Positions 31,722-41,455 of a DNA stretch of 64,000 bases are shown here, piece after piece. Numbering within the stretch: position 1 is the first letter of the stretch; the number at the start of each line of letters is the position of its first letter. A program made the position numbers and the translations under genes. This stretch comes from an uncultured Actinomycetes bacterium. GTDB lineage: Bacteria > Actinomycetota > Thermoleophilia > UBA2241. The stretch covers positions 87,555 through 151,554 of the forward strand of contig CAVWIH010000011.1 of the NCBI GenBank assembly GCA_963755025.1, given 5' to 3'. The notes under the pieces were generated by a model. The model saw only the letters and a list, made by a program, of their open reading frames with translations, was not told the DNA's origin and did no database searches.

Positions 31722-32200
31722 CTAGGGCCGCCGCAGAGGCCGTTCTAAGCGTGGGCAGATCGGTCCGGGAGCCGCCGCCGCAGTGTCCTGCAACCTCCGT
31801 GCAACCAGCTGCGCCCTGGGGCGGCTCTGACAAGGGGGGCCCTGCTCCACCACCCGCGCGCGCGCCTTCGAGGCTCAGGCCGCTTCGCTCAGAGGCTCGA
31901 TCAACTGAAGGTCGAGCCCGCCGCACACCGGGCAGGAGAGAAGGTCTTCTTCAACATCGGGCAGGAACTCGGTCTTGACGAAGCGGTGACCGCAGTCTTC
32001 GCAGAAGTAGTAAGGCATATCCATCATGCGCCTCCTTCGTATCGGTTGTCCCCCGCAGGCGTCCATTTGGCTCAGGTTCCAACCTGCGCCAGGTGAGCCC
32101 TAGCGAGAGCCTCGCCTGCCTCAACGCACGCCAGCGCCGTGACCTCATCGAGGCGCTGACGCATAGCTCCCTCCACTGACGGGCAGGCAGGCCACACCGC
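31722..32200 (+). repeat. Repeat A copy 1 (X box + TGCAACC dyad + Zn-ribbon gene); direct repeat of 60046-60529
   Basis: Near-identical about 480 bp. Confidence 0.95.
31875..32027 (-). CDS. 50-aa zinc-ribbon protein
   Basis: RBS AAGGAGG; CEDC..CPVCGG; identical protein at 60202. Confidence 0.8.
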   Translation of the reverse strand: MMDMPYYFCEDCGHRFVKTEFLPDVEEDLLSCPVCGGLDLQLIEPLSEAA

Positions 32201-32250
32201 CTTCGGGGCCCGGGTGCGCCCATGAGGTGCGGCCGCGGCCCTGCAGACAG

Positions 32251-32646
32251 TCAGCCGATTCCCACGATCGTCGCGGCCTCCTGCCGATCGCGACAGGCAC
32301 GCAAAGCCACGATCTGGCCCTCGCGGACCGTCACGACATCGTAGTTGCGATCGTTCGCCTGGCGGGCGCGATGGGCGTCGACCCCCGGTTGTCGAACCAC
32401 GACCAGTACATGGTCATCTTGGGCGACTACCTCCTCCAGCTCCATGTGCAGTCCCTGGCCCGCCTGGCGTTTGAGGGCTGCCTTGAGCTCGTTGCGGCCA
32501 TGGCAGACCTGCGGTTCGGGGTCCTCGACTGAGGGATCGAGATAGGTCCATTCCAGATCCGCGTCGATGAAGCTCAGCATGGCCGCCAAGTCGCCGCGTG
32601 CATACGCCTCGTAGGCTCGGCGAACGACCTCTTCAGGGTTCGGCAT
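32251..32646 (-). CDS. SnoaL/NTF2-like protein
   Basis: VVRRAYEAYARGD, HGR, VTVREGQIV. Confidence 0.85.
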   Translation of the reverse strand: MPNPEEVVRRAYEAYARGDLAAMLSFIDADLEWTYLDPSVEDPEPQVCHGRNELKAALKRQAGQGLHMELEEVVAQDDHVLVVVRQPGVDAHRARQANDRNYDVVTVREGQIVALRACRDRQEAATIVGIG

Positions 32647-32746
32647 CAGCTTTCTCCGTGTCGCCCTCGGAAAGTATTCCCGAACAAGGACTCTCGTGGC
32701 GGGTTGGTCAGCGGCCTGCGTGCGATGTTGCCGCCTGCTCGGGGCG

Positions 32747-33110
32747 TCGACTTAGGGCCGGCGCAGGGGCCGCTCTAAGCGTGGGAAGATCGGTCCGGGA
32801 GCCAGCGGGCGAGTCTCGCGCGACCTCCGTGCAACCAGCGGTGGGTGCCAGGGGAGGGGGAGGGGTATCCGACCCGGCCGCCACCTCTGCCACTGTGCCA
32901 CCGCTGAGTTGGGTGCGGTGGCACGGTGGCAAATGCGCGCGACCTCAGGGGAAATCCCCCTCCCCCCTCCGCTTACCCGGCTGGAATCTGCGGCGGGGCA
33001 CCTCTCCGGCGCCGCGGAAGGCGTCTCCGTCGCGCGCGAGCACATCGCAGGTATGCCGGACTTCGTGAAGGACGGCAGGGCCGCGGAAGGCAAGTAAGAG
33101 GCCACGGGAG
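32747..33110 (+). repeat. Master X-Y-Z non-coding repeat
   Basis: Contains the segments seen piecewise at 31722, 33809, 38490, 39111, 41271, 42071, 46930, 54853 and 60046. Confidence 0.85.
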
Positions 33111-33156
33111 GGGAAGACGGCTCCCGGCTCGATTAACGGTCTCCGGCTAAGGACAG

Positions 33157-33519
33157 CTAGAGCACGAAGGCGCAGCCGTCCCAGAAGGCACGCACCCTGC
33201 GTTTGCGGTGGCTCAACTCCAGCACGACCGTCTCCGGCAGACGACTGCCCGCATCGAGCCACAGCTCGAAGCCGTCGGCGTCGAGTCTGGTAAAGCGCGA
33301 AATCGGCCGCGCCGGCGGCTCGACGCCGGTCTCAAGCAGGATGAGGCCGCCGGTGCAGCAGCGGTGCACCACTTTCCACACGTAGAGGCGTCCGCCGTGC
33401 TCGCGCACATAGTCAGCCACGCCTTGGCCGGCTTCCACGCGGGGCCGGCCAGTCTCAACCGCTGGGGCGACCGCCGTCCCTCGCTCCGAATCCGCTCTCG
33501 CTTCTGATCGCTTCTCCAC
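33157..33519 (-). CDS. Hypothetical protein
   Basis: 120-aa ORF with YVREHGGRLYVW..RCC and AFWDGC; start uncertain. Confidence 0.6.
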   Translation of the reverse strand: MEKRSEARADSERGTAVAPAVETGRPRVEAGQGVADYVREHGGRLYVWKVVHRCCTGGLILLETGVEPPARPISRFTRLDADGFELWLDAGSRLPETVVLELSHRKRRVRAFWDGCAFVL

Positions 33520-33645
33520 GCTGTCCTAATGCCCCGTCGTTAGGTGGCCGAAGCGCTTCCGGTGAGCTGCCCTGCCTTCGTGCGGTCCGCTGAGGCGACG
33601 CCGCCTGGGCACTGAGACGACGCCTTATTGTTCGGCGAGCCACAT

Positions 33646-33724
33646 GCTCGCTCCGCCGCCAGGGGTCGGGGGAAGGCTCAAGAACCGGCGGGCGTATAGT
33701 TGGCGAACCAGTCGGGTCGTGCGA
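33646..33724 (+). repeat. Repeat F copy 1 (promoter-like, TATAGT)
   Basis: 38-bp identical core with 62996-63033. Confidence 0.85.
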
Positions 33725-33808
33725 TCTGGCGGGCAACGCTCAGAGCCGCCTGGGCTGGAACAGGCTGGCGGTCAAGTAGCGCCCCGAAAGCCACCCTCGT
33801 GCGCAGCA

Positions 33809-33930
33809 CTTCTCCGGGCCGCGGGCGGCCTCTCCCTCGCGCTGGAGTACACCTAAGCTATGTCGGGCTTCGTGAAGCCCAAGAGGCCGGCGGAAGACAA
33901 GGAAGAGGCCACGGAGGGCATCTCGGCGTG
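33809..33930 (+). repeat. Z repeat copy
   Basis: GAGTAC..CTATGTCGGGCTTCGTGAAG..GGAAGAGGCCACGGAGGGCATC. Confidence 0.85.
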
Positions 33931-33987
33931 TGCTACCGCTCTTACGGATGCCCTCGTCCGACCGACCGTCCGTGGTGTGCGAGTTCG

Positions 33988-34650
33988 TCAGCCGGCCTGA
34001 ATCAGCCCCGATTCATAGGCAATCACGACGAGCTGGGCGCGATCTCGGGCCGCGAGCTTGGTGAGAATACGACTCACGTGCGTCTTGACGGTGGTCAGGC
34101 TCACGCACAGGGAGTCGGCGATCTCTTGGTTGGAGAGCCCGCGCGCCACGAGCAACAGGACCTCGCGTTCGCGCTCGGTGAGCAGCTCGAGGTCGGCTCG
34201 TCGCTCCGTCGGCGTCTGCGATTGCTGTGCGAAGTGTGCAATCAGCCGCCGCGTGACGTTCGGGGCAAGCAGGGCCTCACCGGCGGCGACCACGCGGATC
34301 GCTTCGAGTAGCTCCTCGAGGGGACGGCTCTTGAGCACGAAGCCACTGGCTCCGGCGCGCATCGCGGCAAAGACGTACTCGTCTAAGTCGAAGGTCGTGA
34401 GGATCAGGACTCGCGAATCTTGTCCGGGCTCTGCTGAGGTGATCCGGCGGGTCGCCTCGATGCCGTCCATGACCGGCATGCGCACGTCCATCACAATGAC
34501 GTCCGGTGCGGCGCTCGTTGCCAGGCGGACCGCCTCGACTCCGTCGGCCGCCTGGCCGACGACCGCCATGTCCTCTTCGGCCTCGATCAGGGCAACGAAG
34601 GCGGTGCGCAGCAGCTCCTGGTCGTCGACGACTAAGACGCGGATCGTCAT
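33988..34650 (-). CDS. NarL/LuxR response regulator
   Basis: VVDDQ, MDVRMP, GFVLK, LTEREREVL..TVKTHV. Confidence 0.95.
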   Translation of the reverse strand: MTIRVLVVDDQELLRTAFVALIEAEEDMAVVGQAADGVEAVRLATSAAPDVIVMDVRMPVMDGIEATRRITSAEPGQDSRVLILTTFDLDEYVFAAMRAGASGFVLKSRPLEELLEAIRVVAAGEALLAPNVTRRLIAHFAQQSQTPTERRADLELLTEREREVLLLVARGLSNQEIADSLCVSLTTVKTHVSRILTKLAARDRAQLVVIAYESGLIQAG

Positions 34651-35924
34651 GGCATCACCTGGAGGGGTATGACGGCGCTGATGCGAAAGCCGCCACGAGG
34701 CAGCGGCTCGGCTTCAAGCGAGCCGCCGAAGGCGGCGACCCGCTCCCGCATGCCCACGATACCGTGCTGCGCACTGGAGGTCACGGGCTGCTCGGCTACC
34801 TGTCCGGTGGGGGCTGCCCCGCCGTCGTTGCTGACCACGACGCCGACCTGCTGGGCCGAGACTGTAAGCTCCACGGTAGCCTTGGCTCCCGGGGCGTGCC
34901 TGGCCACATTGGTCAGGGCCTCCTGAACGATGCGATAGATCGACAGCTGCAGGGCCGCCGACAGTCGCCGATCGGTCCCCAGGACGTGAAGTTCCACGGG
35001 AGTGCCGGCGGCTCGCATCATGTTTGCGAGTTCCTCGAGGTCGGCCAGACCGGGCGCCGGGGTAAGCTCGCCGCGTGCACCGTCTCCATCGCGCAACAGC
35101 CCCAACACCGCCCCCAGCTCCTCTTGGGCGGTTCGCGCGGTCTCCTCGATCAAGTGCAGCGTGGTACCGGCGTGCTCGGGCTGCCCTGCCATGAGTCGCC
35201 GACCGACCCCGGCCTGGACTGTGATCACGGTCAGGCTATGGGCGACCACGTCGTGCAGCTCGCGGGCGATCGCCATGCGCTCCTCGCGCAGCGTCTGGCG
35301 GGCACGCTCGGTTTCGATGATGCGCTGCTGGGCTTCCTGCTCGGCCACCCCGGCCCGGTAGGCGCGGCGGGCCGCGACGCCGTCTCCGACAAACCAGGCG
35401 GCCACGAGCGGAATGAGGATCTCGAGGGCGTGCCCCGGGTTGGCGACCTGTCCGACGGCGAGCGCACCGGCGAGGACGATCTCGGCTGTGACGAGGCCGC
35501 GCAGGGCAGCGCGTCGCGCCTGCCGTGTCACCACGATGTAGCCGGCCAGACCGAGCATGACGGCGACCGGCGGCGACGAGCGACCATAGAGGGCCAGCAC
35601 GGCGGCGCCGGTCGTGACGAGACCCAGCGTCGGCAGCGGCCAGCGTCTGCGAAGCCCAATGGGGAGGCAGGCAAGGACGGCGCACGCTTCGAGAAGGCCA
35701 GGCGGCGGAGCGTGGGCCACGATGTCGCGGTCGGCAAGGAAGTGGAAGAGCGGCCCGGGCGATCCGCGAAGGGCGGCGCTCGCACCCAGTAGGCCAAGCA
35801 GGGCGGCCGCCCAGTCGATCGCGACCCACTGCGCCTCACTCAGGCGTCGCGGCGGTGTGGGTGGCGGTTCTCGGTCTGTCGGTCGCGTAGACATGTGTCC
35901 CTTGAGTGTAGCGAGGTCAGGCAT
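34647..35924 (-). CDS. HisKA_3 sensor histidine kinase
   Basis: ERMAIARELHDVVAH, QEALTNVARHA, GIVGMRER. Confidence 0.95.
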   Translation of the reverse strand: MPDLATLKGHMSTRPTDREPPPTPPRRLSEAQWVAIDWAAALLGLLGASAALRGSPGPLFHFLADRDIVAHAPPPGLLEACAVLACLPIGLRRRWPLPTLGLVTTGAAVLALYGRSSPPVAVMLGLAGYIVVTRQARRAALRGLVTAEIVLAGALAVGQVANPGHALEILIPLVAAWFVGDGVAARRAYRAGVAEQEAQQRIIETERARQTLREERMAIARELHDVVAHSLTVITVQAGVGRRLMAGQPEHAGTTLHLIEETARTAQEELGAVLGLLRDGDGARGELTPAPGLADLEELANMMRAAGTPVELHVLGTDRRLSAALQLSIYRIVQEALTNVARHAPGAKATVELTVSAQQVGVVVSNDGGAAPTGQVAEQPVTSSAQHGIVGMRERVAAFGGSLEAEPLPRGGFRISAVIPLQVMP

Positions 35925-37026
35925 CGCGGGTGACCATGCGCCACGCCCCGATCAAAGACCACCCGACGATCCACCCGACGATCACGGCGACCATGGCCCA
36001 GGTCGGCATCGGCGGTATGCCGAGTCCCCCTCGCGCACTCGAGAGCGGGCCACCGCCCGCGCCGCCAAACGCCAGCCCCGCTGGGCGAAGCTGGTCCATG
36101 GCAACGCCGACGATGAGTCGCTGACCGTCGAGCAGATAGGGGATCACGTGGCTGGCGGCAAGCGGTGTCACGATGATCTCAAGGGCGATCAGCACGATGG
36201 TTGAGAGGGTGCGCTGCCCGGTCAGCGATCCCAAGCCGAGCCCCACCAGAAAACCGATCCCGACCTCGAGCTCGAGCCACAGCCCGACCTTGGCCATCTC
36301 GCCGGGGGCCGGATTGAACGCGGCGGTCTCGCTGGTGCTGTACTCGCCGTAGATGATGATCATATCGCGAGCGATGCTCATGTGAGTCTGCGGCAGACCG
36401 AACGCCAGAGCAGCCTGTCGGGGATGCTGCTCGAGCCAGCTCCGTAGCTGGGTCTCGTCGAGGTGGGCCGGCACGGGGACGCCGTTTAGAGCCGAGGCCA
36501 TCGAGGGAGGCTGGGCGGTGCCGTCGTAACTTGTCACCAGGCAGAGGGCGACGAACGCCACGGCAACCAGCGGCAGCAGGATCGCTAGGCCAGCGGGGAT
36601 GCGGGCGAGATAGAGGGCAAGGCGGGATCTGCCGGTGGCCACGAGATGGCGAAAGACGCCCTGGCTCAAGTCCGTGGTCGCCGCCGCGGTGCCCAGCACC
36701 GCCGCGACGATGAAGCCGAACTCGGCTATCACATTGGACAGGCTGGCGAAGGCCAGGGGGCTGCCCGCCGGCCCGTAGGCCTTTGCGTTGATCGCCTGAA
36801 GGAGCAGCCGGAAGCCGAGAACGAGGAGCGGGATACCCACGGTGAGCAGTACCACGACGATCATGAGGCCACGGCGCTTGCGCAGCTCGAGCTGCTTGGT
36901 CGTGATCAGACCCCAGGTTGGGACCCATAGGGGCAAGCGGTGTGTCGGTGCCCCTGCTGACGCTGGTATCGGCGGAGATGGTTCGAGCGGCGTCGGCCGT
37001 CGGCCGGTCGAGGAGGTGCTCGTCAT
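35917..37026 (-). CDS. ABC-2-type permease
   Basis: Multi-TM; DLSQGVFR..TGRSR; ends WRMVTRDA. Confidence 0.8.
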   Translation of the reverse strand: MTSTSSTGRRPTPLEPSPPIPASAGAPTHRLPLWVPTWGLITTKQLELRKRRGLMIVVVLLTVGIPLLVLGFRLLLQAINAKAYGPAGSPLAFASLSNVIAEFGFIVAAVLGTAAATTDLSQGVFRHLVATGRSRLALYLARIPAGLAILLPLVAVAFVALCLVTSYDGTAQPPSMASALNGVPVPAHLDETQLRSWLEQHPRQAALAFGLPQTHMSIARDMIIIYGEYSTSETAAFNPAPGEMAKVGLWLELEVGIGFLVGLGLGSLTGQRTLSTIVLIALEIIVTPLAASHVIPYLLDGQRLIVGVAMDQLRPAGLAFGGAGGGPLSSARGGLGIPPMPTWAMVAVIVGWIVGWSLIGAWRMVTRDA

Positions 37027-38241
37027 GCTTGTTCTCCGAGTCGGGTCGTGACAGATAGGAACCAGTCCTCCAGCGTGGTTTGGACCTCTTGGATGCCATA
37101 GACCGCGATCTCGCCTGCAACGAGTCGGCGGTTGATCTCGGCGACGGTCTCGCGGGATGTCCGTGTCGGCAGGGTCACGGTGATGCCCGTCTCAGTTGAG
37201 GCCGCGCCGGCGGCGATCCCGCCCTCGGCGACGAGTTGGGCAGCCCTGCTCGGCTCGGAGCAGTCCACTCGCAGTACCACGCCGCCAGCCTCCTGGAGCA
37301 ACTCCGTGATGGGGCCCTGGCGGATGACTCGTCCGTGATCGACGATCGCCACGGCGTCGCAGGTGCGCTGCACCTCATCCAGAAGATGCGAGGACAGCAC
37401 CACCGTGCGTCCCTCGCTGACGAAGCTTGCAATCAGCGCCCGCATCTCCTGTATGCCGGCCGGGTCGAGCCCGTTCATGGGCTCGTCCAACACGAGCAGC
37501 TGCGGGTCGCCGAGCAGGCACGACGCCACTCCCAGACGTTGACGCATGCCCATCGAGTAGGTGGCGACCTTGTGGTCGGCCCGCTCTGCCAGCCCCACTC
37601 TGGCTAGCGAAGGAGCGATGCGCGCCCGCGCCTGGCCTCCCCGTGCCGCCGCCAGCAGGCCGAGGTTCTCGCGTGCGGTCAAGTGGGGGTGAAAGCGCGG
37701 CTCGTCGACGATGGCCCCAACGCGGGCGAGGGCTCTGCTGCGCTCAGAGGGCACGGGAACCGCCGAGCAGGGACATCGTGCCGCTGTCGGGGCGCGTCAG
37801 CCCGAGCAGGGTGCGGATCAACGTCGTCTTGCCGGCGCCGTTGGGGCCGAGGTAGCCGAAGGCGCTGCCGCGCGGCACGAGCAGCTCCACGTCGTTGACT
37901 GCAACCGTCGTTCCGAAGCGCTTGGTGAGACCGCGGGTCTCGACGGCCCAGTCCCCTGGTGATTCCTTGGTCCAAGCGACGGGGCGCGCCGGTGGCGAGG
38001 TCTCCACCGCCTTGGTTGCGACAGCGGTCGCCCTTCTGTGGGCGACGCGCGACGCTATATCGGCTGACTCGGTCGGCAGCGACCTGGCCGTGCTCGCAAG
38101 CGCGTCCGGGCCGTCGCTCGATCGGCGCGCGCGCCGTCGTCTCCTGAGAATCACGACAGCGAAGGTCAGCGCGACCAGCACGACCCCGACGTGGATCGGG
38201 AACCCGCCGCGAAACAGGTCAACCGTGCTTATCGTGGACAC
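37023..38241 (-). CDS. ABC ATP-binding protein (frameshift near 37760)
   Basis: GPNGAGKTT, YSMGMRQR, LDEPMNGLDP, SSH. Confidence 0.9.
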
Positions 38242-38357
38242 AAGCAGTGCCTCCCTTGGTCACAGACACCATGGGCGCGCTATCGCGCCGATTACACGAG
38301 CTGAATGATGTCAGTGCACAGATCGTGCACCGTCGGAGGGTCGCTGTCGTCGTGCTG

Positions 38358-38381
38358 GAGGATGAAACGCGTGTCATCCTC
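38358..38381. promoter_or_regulatory. Candidate NarL-type regulator site
   Basis: Perfect GAGGATGA-N8-TCATCCTC upstream of the ABC/two-component operon. Confidence 0.55.
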
Positions 38382-38489
38382 GAGATGTAGGCGACTGTCT
38401 GCTTAGAAACGGCCGCGAAGCTCAGGCACCATTGACGAAGCTGGGCTGGGGAGACAAGGGCATGCAGCTGCCCTGCAAGGGGTCTTGTG

Positions 38490-38725
38490 GCCTCATGTGC
38501 AAACGTGCGGCCAGCTCGGTTTGGAGTTGCGCAGTGTGCGGGTCCGCGATCAGGAGAAAATCCCTCCCCCTTTCTGATTCCGGCTCAATGTGAGGTCAGC
38601 GGGACGTCCTCTCGGAGGTCACCGACAGTATCTCCGTCGCCCTGGAGTACGCCGAGGCTATGCCCGGCTTCGCGAAAGCCAGGAGGCCGACGGAAGGCAA
38701 GGAAGAGGCCACGGAGGTCACCGCC
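38490..38725 (+). repeat. Degenerate Y + Z repeat copy
   Basis: AAAATCCCTCCCCC followed by the Z consensus. Confidence 0.8.
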
Positions 38726-38770
38726 GGGGCGAGCCTTCTGCGGTTAGGCCATGAGGGCGGGCCTGGGCGA

Positions 38771-39001
38771 CTACGCTGCCTTCCTCCTCGGAGGGCTCGG
38801 ACGCCAATTTCTGCGTTTGTCGAGCACCTCGAAGGTTCCCGGCAAGTACACGAGCCACCTCCCATAGAGATGGTGGCCCGGGATGCGGCCCTCACGTAGC
38901 CAGCGGACGACTGTGCTTGTGCTGATCGGGACGTCGTAGCGCTCCCGAATCGCCGCGGCTGCTTCTTCGGGCGTCTTGAGCCAGTTGCGGATGTCGCTCA
39001 T
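38771..39001 (-). CDS. Excisionase-like HTH protein
   Basis: TPEEAA..STSTVVRWLREGRIPG...GRWLV. Confidence 0.75.
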   Translation of the reverse strand: MSDIRNWLKTPEEAAAAIRERYDVPISTSTVVRWLREGRIPGHHLYGRWLVYLPGTFEVLDKRRNWRPSPPRRKAA

Positions 39002-39110
39002 GGTTTGAAGATTCCCGCATGCGGCTGAGTTGGCTCCAGTCGCCTCACTAAGTGTGCGACCCCTGAGTCCTTCCCTGCTCGCCGGTGAGGCTGGGGGTTC
39101 AGCGCGTGCG

Positions 39111-39235
39111 CCTCTCCGACGACACGGGCGGTATCGCCGTCGCGTTCGAGTACGCCGGAGCTATCTCGGGGCCTCTTGAAGAGCAAGAGGCTGACGGAAA
39201 GCCAGGAAGAGGCCAGGGACGCCCATCAGCGCGTG
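39111..39235 (+). repeat. Z repeat copy (diverged)
   Basis: CCTCTCCG..GTATCGCCGTCGCG..GAGTACGCC..GGAAGAGGCC. Confidence 0.75.
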
Positions 39236-39412
39236 CGACTTGCTGTGGTTCCACACAGGGAGCCACGCTTGGGGTTCAGCTTGGCGTGCGACTTCGGGAT
39301 CCCGCCCAACGCTGCGGTTCGCCTCGTGTACGATGGTGTCGTGCACTTGCCTTTGACGCCGCCCTCCAGGCGGCCAGCTAGAGATTCCCTCCGCGCCGCG
39401 ACGGGGTTCGGG

Positions 39413-41245
39413 ATGGCCTCGCGAAGACTGCTGCGCCTACGCCTGCTCGCGGCTCTCGTCGTCTGCCTTTTGTGCGTCGGCTTGGTCTGGGGCTTGGCCG
39501 CGGCCCTCGCCGCAAGCACCACTCCGCCGCCTCCCGGCAAAGTCGTCCTGAGGCTCGGGATCACGGGCGATGCTCCCGACGACCTCAACCCGTTCGCCGG
39601 GCAGAGTCAGTCGAGCCGCGAGATCTGGTCGCTCAACTACGACCTCTTGACCGGCCTTGGCACCGACTACGGCCACCCGCAGGGTGCGGCCGCCACGGGG
39701 CTTGCCGACCGCTGGACGGTATCGGCCGGCGGCAAGGTCTGGACCTTCCACATCAGGTCGGGGGTCACCTGGCAGGACGGCGCGCCGCTCACCGCCCACG
39801 ATGTCGCCTTCACCTACAACTACGTCATCAAGAACCGGCTCACCAACTACACGGCCTACACGACCTTCATCAAGAGTGTCGTGGCCCCCGACGACAACAC
39901 CGTCGTGTTTACCTGCAGCAGGCCCAAGGCCAACATGCTCGACATGTTGGTCTACATCGTGCCGCAGCATATCTGGGGCTCCCTCCCCGGCCAGACGGTG
40001 GCCGACTACGACAACTCGGCGCCGATCGTCGGCAGCGGCCCCTTCCAGCTCACCCAGTACAGGAAATACGCCTACGCTGTGCTGACGGCCAACCCCACAT
40101 ACTGGGGCGGCGCGCCCAAGATCGACGAGGTCGACTTCGTCTACTACCGCGACGCCGACACGATGATGCACGATCTCGCGACGGGTTCGTTGCAAGGGGG
40201 CTGGGGTCTGAGCGAGGCGCAGTATCAGCAGCTCCGCGGGAGCTCCACCTACAGTCCCGCCGCCTACGTCACCCCGGCCGTCGACGAGCTCGGCTTCAAC
40301 TGCTACACGGGCCCCTCGCTGGGCAATCCCGTCCTCAGGGACTGGCGCTTCCGTCAGGCCCTGCAGTGGGCGGTCGACCACAACAAGCTCGTGCAGATCG
40401 CCTACGGCGGCCTCGCCCAGCCGGCCACCTCGGTGCTCGTCTCGCACCTGTGGAGCAACCCCGACTGGCACTGGGAGCCGCCCTCCGGCCAGGCCTACAC
40501 CTTCGACCTGGCCAAGGCCGGCCAGATGCTGACCGCCGCCGGCTACCCGCTCAAGAACGGCGTGCGCTTGGACAAACGAGGCGGGCCGATCGTGCTGCGC
40601 TTGTGGACCAGATCGAGCTCCACGTCGAGCCAGCTTGCCGGCAAGCTGATCGCCGGCTGGTTCGGCGCCTTGGGCCTCAAAATCGAGCTGTCCGCCATGA
40701 GCGACGGCGCCATCGACGACGGGCTGTACAACCAACGCGGCAACACCTTCGAACCCGACTACGACATGTTCCTCTGGGGCTGGGGCGGCGACCCCGACCC
40801 CAACTTCATTTTGAGCCACTTCACGACGCCGCAGATCGACAGCTGGAACGACTGCGCCTGGTCCGATGCCCGCTACGACAAGCTCTTCCTCGAACAGCAG
40901 ACCACGATCGACCAGACCAAGCGGGCGGCCATCGTGCACCGCATGGAGCAGATCGTCTACCAGCAGTCGCCGTACATACCTACCGTCTATCCGGAGTCGG
41001 TCGAGGCCTACAACTCCAAGGCATGGGAGGGGTGGCAGAGCACACCCGGACACGGCGGCGGCGTGTTCTTCACCTCTCCGGTTATGGCGAGCTACCTGAC
41101 CGTTCACGCCGTGAACGTCGCCGCGGCAAGGCGATCCAGTTCGCGCGCGCTACCCATCGCCTTGATCGCCGCAATCGTCGCGACGATGGTCGCAGTGGTG
41201 GTCGCAGTTGCGCTTATGAGCCGACGGGCTCGGGAGGCCGGTTAG
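39413..41245 (+). CDS. Orphan family-5 ABC substrate-binding protein with C-terminal TM anchor
   Basis: LADRW..WTFHIRSGVTWQDGAPLTAHDVAF, VGSGPF, FRQAL; hydrophobic/basic C-terminus. Confidence 0.9.
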   Translation: MASRRLLRLRLLAALVVCLLCVGLVWGLAAALAASTTPPPPGKVVLRLGITGDAPDDLNPFAGQSQSSREIWSLNYDLLTGLGTDYGHPQGAAATGLADRWTVSAGGKVWTFHIRSGVTWQDGAPLTAHDVAFTYNYVIKNRLTNYTAYTTFIKSVVAPDDNTVVFTCSRPKANMLDMLVYIVPQHIWGSLPGQTVADYDNSAPIVGSGPFQLTQYRKYAYAVLTANPTYWGGAPKIDEVDFVYYRDADTMMHDLATGSLQGGWGLSEAQYQQLRGSSTYSPAAYVTPAVDELGFNCYTGPSLGNPVLRDWRFRQALQWAVDHNKLVQIAYGGLAQPATSVLVSHLWSNPDWHWEPPSGQAYTFDLAKAGQMLTAAGYPLKNGVRLDKRGGPIVLRLWTRSSSTSSQLAGKLIAGWFGALGLKIELSAMSDGAIDDGLYNQRGNTFEPDYDMFLWGWGGDPDPNFILSHFTTPQIDSWNDCAWSDARYDKLFLEQQTTIDQTKRAAIVHRMEQIVYQQSPYIPTVYPESVEAYNSKAWEGWQSTPGHGGGVFFTSPVMASYLTVHAVNVAAARRSSSRALPIALIAAIVATMVAVVVAVALMSRRAREAG

Positions 41246-41270
41246 CCCACCTGCCGTCTGCCTTGACGCG

Positions 41271-41395
41271 CCTCCTCCGACACCACGGGTGCTATCTCGG
41301 TCGCGCATGAGTACGCCAGAGCTATGTCGGGCTTCGCGAAGGCCAGGAGGCCGACGGAAGGCAAGGAAGAGGGCACGGAGGGCATCGCCGCGTGG
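41271..41395 (+). repeat. Z repeat copy
   Basis: GAGTACGCC..GGCTTCGCGAAGGCCAGGAGGCCGACGGAAGGCAAGGAAGAGG. Confidence 0.85.
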
Positions 41396-41455
41396 CCGCC
41401 CGTCCACGGCGAGCAGCACGATGGGCGCATCTAGCGGGAAGTGGGAGCAGAATCC

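Noticed and set aside
39176-39412. N-terminal extension of the SBP
   Set aside because: It begins inside a Z repeat; the signal peptide indicates a start near 39413
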